NCBI GenBank assembly: GCA_025558095.1
Contig: JAIVFI010000024.1
Location: 434,001 to 498,000 of the forward strand
Length of the DNA stretch: 64,000 bases
Direction of reading: 5' to 3'
DNA from: Hyaloraphidium curvatum SAG 235-1
Taxonomy: Eukaryota; Fungi; Monoblepharomycota
Under the pieces are notes generated by a model. The model was not told where the DNA came from. It saw only the letters and a list, made by a program, of their open reading frames with translations, and made no database searches. The translations under genes were made by a program, and so were the position numbers. Of the stretch, positions 48,801-58,600 are shown in pieces; the stretch's first letter is position 1, and each line of letters opens with the position of its first letter.

Positions 48801-49553
48801 GTCAAAAGTTTCAACTACAAGGGCCTGGTTGGATCTCTACTTTGGATTGCCATCACGACACGGCCAGATATTGCCTTTGCCGTGATCTTTCTTTCTCGCT
48901 TTGCCAACAGCTTCGGACCTCTTCACATCAAGGCGCTTCGAGATGTCTTACGCTACCTGCGCCGCACCCGTACCTATGGACTTGTTCTTGGCCGTCGTCC
49001 TGCGTCTGGCGATTGCTTGGATCTCTGTGCTTATGCAGATGCCGATTTTGCTGGCTGTGTGATGACCCGCAAGTCGACCACGGGTCTCGTCATCCTCATG
49101 GGTGCTTCCAGTATTGCTTGGCTGACCAAGCGGCAATCCATCGTTGCACAGTCTACTACGGAAGCCGAGTATGTTGCTATGGCGCATGCAGTTCGCAACA
49201 TTCTCTGGCTGCGCTCCATCCTGCAGGAACTTGGCTTTGCGTGGACGACACCTACGCGACTTTTCGAGGACAACATGTCTGCTGAACAACTCGCTCGTGA
49301 TCCTAAGTTTCACGAGCGGACGAAGCACATCGATATCAAGTACCACCTGGTTCGCGACACTGTGCAAAATGGAACGATTGAGACTGCACGGGTGGTGTCA
49401 GACGACAACCTTGGGGACGGCTTTACCAAGCCTCTAGCTCCGGCCCTTTTTGAACTTTTCCGTGCGCGCATTGGTGTTGTTGACCTTGATACGGGTTCGG
49501 CTGAGGCCAGCGTTCTCTGCGAGCCGGACCCTGCCGGGAATCTCTGCCCGTGA
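45859..49553 (+). CDS. pol: Copia Pol (protease, integrase, RT, RNase H) with one frameshift near 46080
   Basis: FFDSGAS in ORF 45886; then ORF 46101-49553: WHARCAH..CDVC, HVDLKGP/SDQGTE, DIKTAFL, LYGLRQA, YVDD, YADADFAG, TEAEY, HIDIKYH. Confidence 0.93.
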
Positions 49554-49805
49554 TGAGCCTGAGGCTAGCGGGCAGCCGTTCCTTGGCTTCTGGGGGAGTC
49601 TCCCCTACGTGTACCTCTGGATTGTATTGTTTCTTGTACTTTCTTTGCATGTATGGTCTCTGGGGGAGCTTTTTGTACGGAGATTGGATCGCCCGGTCTT
49701 GGGGGGAGGTGTCATCAGGGAGCCTGGCCTAGGCAGCCCAAGGAGCTCAATCCCGGGGCGTGGAGGAGCATGCGGTGGGGGACTCCACTCGATCCACTCG
49801 CCTCC

Positions 49806-49816
49806 AAATGGGGGAG
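49806..49816 (+). promoter_or_regulatory. Polypurine tract (plus-strand primer)
   Basis: AAATGGGGGAG directly before the TGTTG of the 3' LTR. Confidence 0.8.
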
Positions 49817-50032
49817 TGTTGCTGGCGATGGATGGATGTGTTTGGAGCCGTTGGATCGAGTTGGAGTTGGCCTTGGAGTTGGATGTTGGACTTGGATGGA
49901 TGGGTGGATCTTGGCTAGACAATAACCTAGGAGGGCGGCTCTAAGAAAAGGGAGAATAACACAACAAACACCAGGAACGCCACCTGCTTCATCCCCACCT
50001 GTCTCTGGGCGCCTGTGACCAGGGGTCTTTGA
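49817..50032 (+). repeat. 3' LTR, truncated at the junction with a LINE
   Basis: Matches the 5' LTR up to GGTCTTTGA, then switches to LINE 3' sequence; no terminal CA. Confidence 0.93.
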
Positions 50033-50079
50033 CCCGGACCTGCCCCTGGCTTGGCCGCTGTTACACCATGAGTTTGCTG

Positions 50080-53000
50080 CTAATTGCAAAGTTCATCGTT
50101 GTCGTGTGTCTTTTTCATTTTCCCAGTTTTCCTGTCCTTCATGGACTTTGAGATGAAGCTGGCAATGGAGTTGAGGGCCTTCTCCTTCTGCCGCCTCGCT
50201 TTGATCGTGGGCTCGAACTCCTTGATGCTAAGAGCCCAGAGCCAGGTCTCCATGTTCCACTCGCGGCCTAGTGCTTCCAATCTAGTCTGCAGCTTCTGGC
50301 GCCGCTCCGCATTTGCTGAACAGTGAAACAGAAAGTGTTGTTCGTCTCCAATGTGCTCAGGGTCATGCTTGCACGTTCTCTGCTGCACCTCAAGTCCTTG
50401 GTGCCTGCCTGTCTCCACCTCCAGGTCGTGGGTAGAGCACAGCAACTTTTGGACATCCCTCCGGTGCTTCTCCACCCGGATCAAGGATGGTCCGATGTGG
50501 CCAAAGGTCATGTCACACATCCTCCAAAAGTGCAGTTTGTCGTTGTCCTTGAGCCTCTGGGCATTGATCTCCCTGAACTTGCCCTTCACAAGATTCTCCA
50601 CAGTCTCCTTGGGCCATGAGACAGTGTCCTTCTCCCACATCTCCTTCCCATCTCCGCCACCATAGTATACAAGTAGTTCCCTCAGGAAGGCAGCCCAGTT
50701 CCAGGACCCCTTCAGTGCCTCGATCTTGAGCTCTTTGTAAAGTAGGTACAGCGCAGGATCCGCTGTTTTGATGCACATGAGGAACTTGAGTGCCGACTCG
50801 TGGTCATGAACTGCAAGGGGGTACTGGCCAGTGATCGCATACAGACAGGCCAGGGAGGTAGACTTGGGCAGATGAGTGACGGCACGAAGAGCCATGCATG
50901 TCACTTTGTCCCTGGTGCTTTCCCCGGCAAGGTACTCCTCCTTCGGCATCTCAACAATGAACGGGTTCCCATATTGGCCCACTGCCTTGACCTTTGTGTT
51001 GTAGAGCTTGAGCTGGAGGTCAGGACTCATCCCAGGCTGCTCCCTGAAGTCGCGGAGCCAGAGCCCATAAGCAGCGTTCATCTTGGCCTCTCTGCCATGC
51101 ACATGGTCCTTGCTCCGGCCGGTTGAGGTCAGCTGATACCCCAGAAGCTTGAAGCTGTCAACCCTCTTCAGCTCAGTGATGTCGTTGATGAACAAGATGA
51201 AGAACAGCGACGAGAGAGGGTCCCCCTGCTTCACTCCGGTCAGGAACTTGATGAAGTCTGACTTGGTCCCGTCTTCATCCCGGAGCCGTCCCCACACGCG
51301 CCCGAACGCCATCTCGAACATGTCAACAACCTGTTTGGGTACACCCATCTCCTCCAGTTTCTGCCATAACCTGGGGTGTTCCACCGTGTCAAAAGCCTTT
51401 GTGAAATCTACAAAGACCATGATCAGCTTCTCCTTGCGTGCCTTGGCCAGGGAGAAGAGTGCCTCGGCAAGGAACACTGCATGAAGGGTCAATCTCCGTG
51501 CACGGAATCCAAACTGCGAGCCTTCCAGCAGCTTGTTGCACTCAGCCCAGGGAGCTAGCCGAGCGTTCCAGACCAGGGAGAAGACCTTCTCCAGCGTCCT
51601 CTCTATGCTGATGCCTCGGTAGTTGCCAGCCACGTTCTTGGGCCCCTTCTTGTGCAGCATCACCAGCAGTGTCTGGCCCCAGTCATCCATCTTGACGCCA
51701 TTGAGCACGTCGTTGAGGAGGTTGACAACAGCTTGCTTCAGTACTGCAGTCCCGTACTTGACGAACTCGAGCCGGATCCCATCCTCGTCCTTTGCCTTGC
51801 CGTTGGGGGCCTTCTTCAAGACCCTCTCCAGCTCCTTGAGGGTGATGGGGCGCAGCAGGTCTCCAGAAGGCGTGATCGTGGCCTTGGGAAGTGGTGGAAA
51901 CGTGAGCCTTGGATCCTCCTCGATCTTGGTCACGTATTCGGCGCTGGCGACCATCTCCATGTGGCGCACCAGCTCTGCAAAGGGCACGGGGTTGCCCTTG
52001 CGCCTTGCGTGAGCCTTTCCAAGCAGCTGGTAGTACCCCTTAGGCTCTCGCCTGAAGAGTCGCTCTAGCAGCTTGGAGTTCTCTCGCTCAGCAACCCTCC
52101 GCATCCTCTTCTCCAACTTCTTCCGCTCCTTCTCCAGCTCCCGCGTCTTCCCCTGGTACTCCTTCTTCCACTCGTCCTTCTCCATGAGGGATCGCAGCTC
52201 AAGAAGGCGTGACAGCTTCCGATCGATCTCGGCCCTCTCTGCCGAGTCCGCAAAGCCGTTGAGGAACTTGTCCGCCTCTTCGTGTACGCTGACCTTGTCG
52301 TACTTCTTCTTTGCGACCTTGTTCACCGCTGCCATGATCTGGATGAGCCGGTTGCACTTGTCGGATCCAGCTTGAAGTTGCTCGTACTCTTGCATTGCCT
52401 CCTTGACCCAGGGCTCGTCGTAGAGGTTTCGCATTATTGCGAGGAAGTGGAAGTCGCACGGCACGGGCTTGCAGTGCGGCTTGTTCTCCTTCGCAGCTGG
52501 TCGCACGAGGTTGGCCTTGATGGTCAGGCTCAGGGCCATGTGGTCTGAGGTGACGACCCAGCCTTCCTTCACAAATGCAAGCTGGGTGACCGTCCCGTAG
52601 CGGCTCTGCGGCACGATTGCGTAGTCCAAGGTGCTGTCCCGCTCGCCATCCTTTCCTGCGCGAGTTGTTGCCCCCGGCTCGAGGCGCCCATTCAGGATCA
52701 CCAGCTCCTCCTCGTGGCACAGTGCAAGTAGCTGTTTCCCCCTCCGATCCGTGCGCTGCTCCGACCGGATTACACGCTTTCCGAAGCTCGTGCCACGCAC
52801 GTCGCTGTTTGCCTCGCTTATCCCCACATGTGCGTTCAGGTCCCCGATCACGATCGGCATGTCGCACCCAGCCACAATCCCTGAGAACCTCGACCACATC
52901 TCGTCCTGCGTGACTATGTCCTGCGTTGGCGTCGGCGGTATGTACGCCCCCAGCACGTTCACTCCGCCGACTTGGATCTGCACGACGTCCAGGATCGGGT

Positions 53001-53316
53001 CCAAGTCTGTCCGTACGGTGTGCGGTAGCTCCTTTCGCACAAAGACCGTCAACCCTCCTCCACCATGCTCCGAGCAGCTCTTCTCATAAACCTCGAACGT
53101 TTCCAGTACCGCGGCAACCTCTGCGCGGATGTCGGTGTTGCTCATATGCTCCTCCCAAGTCCGCTTCTCGCCTTTGCCCGTCCACCTTGCTTCAGCGAAA
53201 ACGACGATATCGTACTCTACAATGTGTAGCAGCAGCTCACGTATAAAGAGGCTCTTCTCGAGCTTCCGCTCGACGTTTTGGTACAGTATCTTGAGGCATG
53301 TCCGAGTCTCGCTTTC
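50080..53316 (-). CDS. LINE ORF2 endonuclease/reverse transcriptase, lacking the FADD segment
   Basis: Open from the ORF1 stop to 50080; first ATG at 53145; 270-nt deletion at 51174/51175. Confidence 0.9.
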   Translation of the reverse strand, partial: ESETRTCLKILYQNVERKLEKSLFIRELLLHIVEYDIVVFAEARWTGKGEKRTWEEHMSNTDIRAEVAAVLETFEVYEKSCSEHGGGGLTVFVRKELPHTVRTDLDPILDVVQIQVGGVNVLGAYIPPTPTQDIVTQDEMWSRFSGIVAGCDMPIVIGDLNAHVGISEANSDVRGTSFGKRVIRSEQRTDRRGKQLLALCHEEELVILNGRLEPGATTRAGKDGERDSTLDYAIVPQSRYGTVTQLAFVKEGWVVTSDHMALSLTIKANLVRPAAKENKPHCKPVPCDFHFLAIMRNLYDEPWVKEAMQEYEQLQAGSDKCNRLIQIMAAVNKVAKKKYDKVSVHEEADKFLNGFADSAERAEIDRKLSRLLELRSLMEKDEWKKEYQGKTRELEKERKKLEKRMRRVAERENSKLLERLFRREPKGYYQLLGKAHARRKGNPVPFAELVRHMEMVASAEYVTKIEEDPRLTFPPLPKATITPSGDLLRPITLKELERVLKKAPNGKAKDEDGIRLEFVKYGTAVLKQAVVNLLNDVLNGVKMDDWGQTLLVMLHKKGPKNVAGNYRGISIERTLEKVFSLVWNARLAPWAECNKLLEGSQFGFRARRLTLHAVFLAEALFSLAKARKEKLIMVFVDFTKAFDTVEHPRLWQKLEEMGVPKQVVDMFEMAFGRVWGRLRDEDGTKSDFIKFLTGVKQGDPLSSLFFILFINDITELKRVDSFKLLGYQLTSTGRSKDHVHGREAKMNAAYGLWLRDFREQPGMSPDLQLKLYNTKVKAVGQYGNPFIVEMPKEEYLAGESTRDKVTCMALRAVTHLPKSTSLACLYAITGQYPLAVHDHESALKFLMCIKTADPALYLLYKELKIEALKGSWNWAAFLRELLVYYGGGDGKEMWEKDTVSWPKETVENLVKGKFREINAQRLKDNDKLHFWRMCDMTFGHIGPSLIRVEKHRRDVQKLLCSTHDLEVETGRHQGLEVQQRTCKHDPEHIGDEQHFLFHCSANAERRQKLQTRLEALGREWNMETWLWALSIKEFEPTIKARRQKEKALNSIASFISKSMKDRKTGKMKKTHDNDELCN

Positions 53317-54681
53317 CTAGCCGCGCGCAAGACGCTCTCCAGCGTTCGCGCGTGCAGTCTGGCGCGTCTCCCAAAGCTCGCGCGACTTTGCTTCAATCTT
53401 TTCCATGGTGAGCGTCGTTTCCAGGCCTGTTTCCGGCGGCATGTAGATGATCTTCGGGCCGTCGCGGCGGAAGGGAATCCCATCCTTCTCCATCTGCTGG
53501 ACCAGGTGGTACTGCGCAGTAGACCGGTTCTTCTGCATCCACGTCTTCTCGCGGCTCGCGTACGCAGCCAGGTGCTTCAGGGCTCCAGCCTCGTTGAGCC
53601 GAATGAGCGTCTCGCGGTCCTCCTCGGTCGAGAACGTGAGCTGGAGGTCAAAGGTGCGATTTCCCGTGAGGTACCACTTGTCCACCACGATCTCCTTGAG
53701 CGCATCGGTCCGCTGAACGAGCGCCTCACGGTCCTTGTGGTCGTGCGGCAGGTCGAGGGCGCAGCGCTTGAGGAGGTCACGGGCGCCTTCTCCGGTCTTC
53801 GCACTTTCGGGCGCCCGGCGGATCCTCCCTTTGCACGCGAGCGTCTCCTTTATGGCACGCTCTTGATCGCGCTCTTCGGGCGTTTGTGGTCCGACGGCCC
53901 AAGGGTCCGGCTCAGAGATAGGAGCGGCGGTAGTCGGCCTCCGCGGGCCCCTCTTCCGAGTTGTGGTCCACCCCGTTCCCGCGGGCGCTTCTTCGGCGAG
54001 CAGAAGCGCTTCCTCGATCTTTTTCGTCTCGATCGCGGCCCACTGCGTGTTATCGGCGTGAACCTTGGCCATGTCGGCGAGTGCCTTCATCGCGTCCAGC
54101 TTGCGGTTGAGGCGGACCTCCGACTCGCGGTTGGCCTTCTCCAGCTCGCTTATCCGCGCTTCTTGCGCGCGAATCGTCGCCATCGCGTCTAGAAGCTGCG
54201 CGCTCTGGGCTCCAATGAGCGCTTCCTGAGCGTCCAGGCGAGACCGCATGTCGCGCATCCCGTCCGCGAGCTTCGCGATTTGATCCGCTCCTCCATTCTC
54301 GACGGGAGTGACGCTCAGCCTTTGAACATAAGTGCGGACGGTCGGCCGCCGAGCGGAGCCGGGTAGTTGAGGGGAGATTCGGGGCGGTTGGTTGTTTGGC
54401 CCCGCAACCGCCGTCGTGTTGTCGACCCGAATCTCGGCACAACCGGCGGGCGTTGGCCCCGCTGTTGCCCGCGGTGGTCCGCCGATACGTTTGGTGGGTG
54501 GTATAGGGGGTTGCGAGGGTTCCCGGGGGGGCGGTGTGTCTGGCGCTGGGGTCTTCGCGCCAGACTCGCTCGCGGGGTCGCGCTGAGAAGCACGAGACCT
54601 CGCAGCGCCCAGAGGTTGCTCCAAGACTCTCAAGCGGCCCAATGAGCCGCTTTGGAGGTTCTGGAGCTCCCTCAGAGCCAT
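53317..54681 (-). CDS. LINE ORF1 protein
   Basis: Long ORF with Pro-rich N-terminus and coiled coil (MRSRLDAQEALI...ISELEKAN); start uncertain. Confidence 0.8.
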   Translation of the reverse strand: MALRELQNLQSGSLGRLRVLEQPLGAARSRASQRDPASESGAKTPAPDTPPPREPSQPPIPPTKRIGGPPRATAGPTPAGCAEIRVDNTTAVAGPNNQPPRISPQLPGSARRPTVRTYVQRLSVTPVENGGADQIAKLADGMRDMRSRLDAQEALIGAQSAQLLDAMATIRAQEARISELEKANRESEVRLNRKLDAMKALADMAKVHADNTQWAAIETKKIEEALLLAEEAPAGTGWTTTRKRGPRRPTTAAPISEPDPWAVGPQTPEERDQERAIKETLACKGRIRRAPESAKTGEGARDLLKRCALDLPHDHKDREALVQRTDALKEIVVDKWYLTGNRTFDLQLTFSTEEDRETLIRLNEAGALKHLAAYASREKTWMQKNRSTAQYHLVQQMEKDGIPFRRDGPKIIYMPPETGLETTLTMEKIEAKSRELWETRQTARANAGERLARG

Positions 54682-54874
54682 GATCTTCGGGGTGGATGTG
54701 TTTGGAGCCAAGTGAGCTTCCAGAGTAGGCATACAAGCAATTGCTACAGCAAAAATCTGGTGGTGTAACATGTTGGAATACACTAGACCACTGGGCCAAA
54801 GAGTAGCGCACATCAGTGGCATCCAGTAGCCTAGGCATCTAAGGCGTGCATATTGTTACACATACTTCCCAACT

Positions 54875-54920
54875 AACACACAGCAGCCAAGCCAGGGCAG
54901 GTCTGGGTCACCAATACCTT
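54875..54920 (+). mobile_element. Diverged LINE 3'-end relic in opposite orientation
   Basis: cagcagccaagccagggcaggtctgggtcaccaatac is close to the reverse complement of 39657-39694. Confidence 0.8.
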
Positions 54921-54978
54921 GCTATTCCAGTAAACAGGTCACACAAAATGGCAAAAGGCACTGTGCAGCAAGAAGCTG

Positions 54979-55170
54979 GAGCTTCACACGGTGGGGCATC
55001 CTCCTGGCCATCCACTCTGTTTTGCTGACGTTGATCTCCAGCCCATTGGCACTGGCATATGCAGACAAAAGATCCAGCTGCATCTTGGCATCCTTCACCG
55101 TCTTCGAGATCAAAGTGGTGTCGTCTGCAAAGAACAAAGCCAGCAAGCTGACCATCCTCTCCTGATCCTG
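54979..55170 (-). mobile_element. LINE RT fragment containing FFADD
   Basis: VSLLALFFADDTTLISKTVKDAKMQLDLL; few substitutions versus 40354-40544. Confidence 0.92.
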
Positions 55171-55624
55171 TTGAGATCCTCCTCCTCCTCAACATCGATC
55201 AGGCCCTAGTTGTGTCAGGACCCCAAGGGTCTTCGATCAGGCCCCACACAGTATACGGATGTTGTCACATACAGTGAGTTGGTATGTGCACATGGACTTT
55301 GAGCAAGTGTAGGTCAGGTAGGACTCATCCCAGGCTGCACCGGATCTCTGCCTGCCTGAGCCCAAGTCAGCCAAGCTCGTGTGTCCCAAGGGCTGGCAGC
55401 CCACTCACTTGCTTGAAGCTTGCTGGACCACTTCATCTCTGGCCCAAGTGAATCGCAACACATGCTTTTGCACTAGCCTTCCGTATTGCTGATGCTAATC
55501 ATTTGGCCGTTTATATATCAAGCATCTAGCTGGACAGAGATAGAGTCAAGGGTGGCGATAGGGGCACTCGCGATCGCGAGACGCGACACTCTGTGGAGCG
55601 CGTCCTCCGCGCGTCTGTTCGGCC

Positions 55625-58600
55625 ATGGGGCCGCCTCAACGCGGCACCCGGACGCCCCGAGGCGCGGCGGCCCGTCTGTCGAATGCTCCGGGGGGCATGG
55701 TCCCCAGCGCGTTCGCCAGCGGCGGGGCCCGGGCGGTGGGGACGCCGGGTTCGCCGTCCGCCGGACGCGCGCCTCGCGGCGTGCGCATTTCCCGGCTTGC
55801 GAGCGGAGACCAGCTGGACAACGATGTTGTCCGCCATTTGCTTGAACCCAGCGTCCCTCTTTCTCCGGTCGCCCTGGCTACTTCGCGGTCCAACCCCGCC
55901 GCCGCCGCTCCCCAGGTCGCCGGAGCGGGCTTCGGGACGGGTGCCGCCGCTGCTTCGGGTTCCCAGCCTGCACAGGCGTCACAGGCGTCTGGCATCTCGA
56001 GCTTCATGCGCGCCGAGGCCGAAAAGGGGAGGGCGGACCGCTTCGCGAGCGACATCCAGCTCCTGTACAACAAGCTCAAGGCGGAAAGGGAGAGGAAGAG
56101 GGCAGAGTACATCCGACAGGGCAAGATTGCCGATCCGGAGGCGAAGCAACAACTGCAGGACGCCATTGATCTCGTGGGGGAGTGCCCGGACATGTGCCCG
56201 GAGTTTGAACGCGTCGACCGCGAAATGAGCGGTACGGTGGACCCTTTGGAAAAGGCAAGCTGCGGTGCACGGCTCGCTTCTCCCGGCGTGACGCCTCGCA
56301 CGCGCCGTAGGACGAGTTTGGCAACATTTCCGCTCAAAAGGCCGTGAAGAGGTTCAAGCGGTCCTCGGCGGGCGATGGACAGCCGCTCCCCTGCGACGTG
56401 CGCCCGCCGCCCGTTCTACTTCTGACCATCGACTACCTGATCCGGGAGGTCATGGGGAATCACCCTCTGGAGACGTGCCATCGATTCGTCGGGGATCGGC
56501 TGCGTGCTGTTGCAAACGACTTTATCGTGCAGAACTACCGCGGCAGGGAAGCCATACGGTGCACAGAGGTCATATCTCGGTACTACATAGTGGCTCTGCA
56601 CGCGCTGGGCGAGATGACGGAGGATCAAGGGGTCAGCCACAAGCAGGACTTGAAAATGCTGATGGACAGTGAGGCGACGGTGATGTGCCGCAGGACCGAC
56701 TCCGACCAGTAACCCCTTGTCGTCAGATCTGAAAACCCTGACGGAAATGTACCAAGACTTCCATGCCATGGAACCCGGCGAGGTGCTCGACAACGAGGCG
56801 GAATTCTACGGCTACTTTCTCCTCGCGCACCCGACCTCGCACTCCGATGTCGGCTTCTTGGAACGTACAGTCAGCCGTCGGATTCTTGTGTCTCCGGAAG
56901 TTCGTCTGGCCATCGAGCTCAGGGAGCTCATGCAGCGATCGCAGCGAGCCGCCGTGAGGGGATATCGGTCGGAAGGGAGCCACAGGTCCATGGCGACGTT
57001 CTTCAGGCGCTTGCGGGAAGACCCAAGGTCGACAGCGCTGGTGGCCATGGTCGCCGAACTGCAGTTTGGAGACGTCCGCCGCGACGGGCTCCAGGCGATG
57101 GATCGGGCATACAAGCCCTCGTACCATTTCCCCCTGCAGACACTGGCTGATTGGATGGGGCTCGACTCTGTCGAACAGGCCTTTGCGTGGGTCGAAGAGT
57201 GTGGCCTCGAGGTTTCGTCGGCCGCCGGATCGCCAGGAGGGTCGGCTTTGGCGCACGTTCAGTTCGGGGCCAAAGGACCCGAGGGAAAGAGCTCGTTCGT
57301 CTTCCCCGACGACGCGACCGTACGAAGGCTCAGCCGAGCTTCAAAGCGCATCATAGCATCCAAGGTCGCAAGGACCAGTTTGCCCGCGTTGGTGCTCGGC
57401 GAAGGCGTGGTTGCGACCTCGCCACCGCGCTTCACCACGGCAACGCCACCTTCGCTTCGGGCTCAGTCCCTGTCATTTACGCTTAAGGGCCCCCCTGCAA
57501 ATATCCTGCCCGCTGTCGAAGCGCCTCGCGTCGCTCAAGAGCCTGCAGTAGCGCCGTCGACCGTCCCAAAGCCGCTGGACGTTATGTTCCGCCAGCCACT
57601 GCGCCAGCCACAGAAAGTGTCGGCCGCCACGACATCCTTCGGCGAACGACCACCTTTGGTTGCGCCTCCCACCGTTGCCCCTCCGCCGGACTTGTTTGCT
57701 CCGCAGAGGCCAGCGTCGCCGCCGAACACGTTTGGCTTCGCGGTCGCATCAGCGACCACCCAATCAGGCCCGGCTCCGGTTGCGAAGCCGCATCCACCAG
57801 CACCGATTTTGGCTATCAAGGAAACTGTGGCGATCAGCCCTTCTCGCCCGGCGGAAGCGTGGCCCGCTGCGCGGGTCGATGCCGGGCCCGAGGAACTTGC
57901 GGCAAGAGCCAATCTCGTAGCCAGGGTGTCTGCGTCCATATTCGCGGAGACTTTGGTCCATGAAACGGTCTCCATCTGCAATGCTGTGGTCGCGGAAGCG
58001 TCAGCGGTGTGGACGAGCCTCCGCACGGTGTCGCTGGCCAATTTCCTCGCCGACAAAATGCTGGTTGTTGTGACAAAGGACCTCGCATCGCGCGTGCGCG
58101 CGTCGTCTTTGCGTGCCAGGCGCCTGCAAAGATGGGCGTTCCATCGTTGGAAGAGCCTCAACCGAGAGCGGCGCGCCGATCGCGCTCGCGAAAGGAACGC
58201 GGAAGAGGCTGCGGCTATGGAGCGGACGAAACTTCTGTCCGCCCTTGGATCCTTGACCCTCATGACGGCCGAAAACGTCAAGCTTAACTCGTCGTTGGAC
58301 GTGCGTCCCAGAACTCGGTTCGGGGAGCTGGATGGGACCGCGACCGCGCAGCAGGAAGCCGTACAGGGCCATTTTGTCGATGATTTGGCCGTCTCGATCT
58401 ACGCCGACTACAGGCACAGTCCCGTACATGCTCGAGGGGACGACGTTTTGCGGAAGTTGGTGGTTTCCACTCCGTCGACTCTCGCCCCAGAGTCCCAGGA
58501 GGAATGGGCCTTCACTCGCCAGCTTCTAGAGCTCTTCCGGCCCACGGACACGGGATTGCTGTCTGCACTTTCCGATGATGGCAAAACCGTGGTCGAGGAT

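Larger units (their letters stand above)
43542..50032 (+). mobile_element. Ty1/copia LTR retrotransposon
   Basis: Direct repeats starting TGTTG at 43542 and 49817; gag with two CCHC knuckles; PR-IN-RT-RH order; polypurine tract before the 3' LTR. Confidence 0.97.
50030..54690 (-). mobile_element. Near full-length LINE copy 3 (ORF1 + APE-RT-Cys/His ORF2; clade uncertain, RTEX-like by inference)
   Basis: ORF1 coiled coil; ORF2 GDLNAH, LDY, SDH, RT motifs, LEVETGRH...RTC...DEQHFLFHC; 5' boundary approximate. Confidence 0.93.

Noticed and set aside
49550-49805. env-like ORF after pol
   Set aside because: Only ~250 nt before the polypurine tract; the short ORFs run into the LTR
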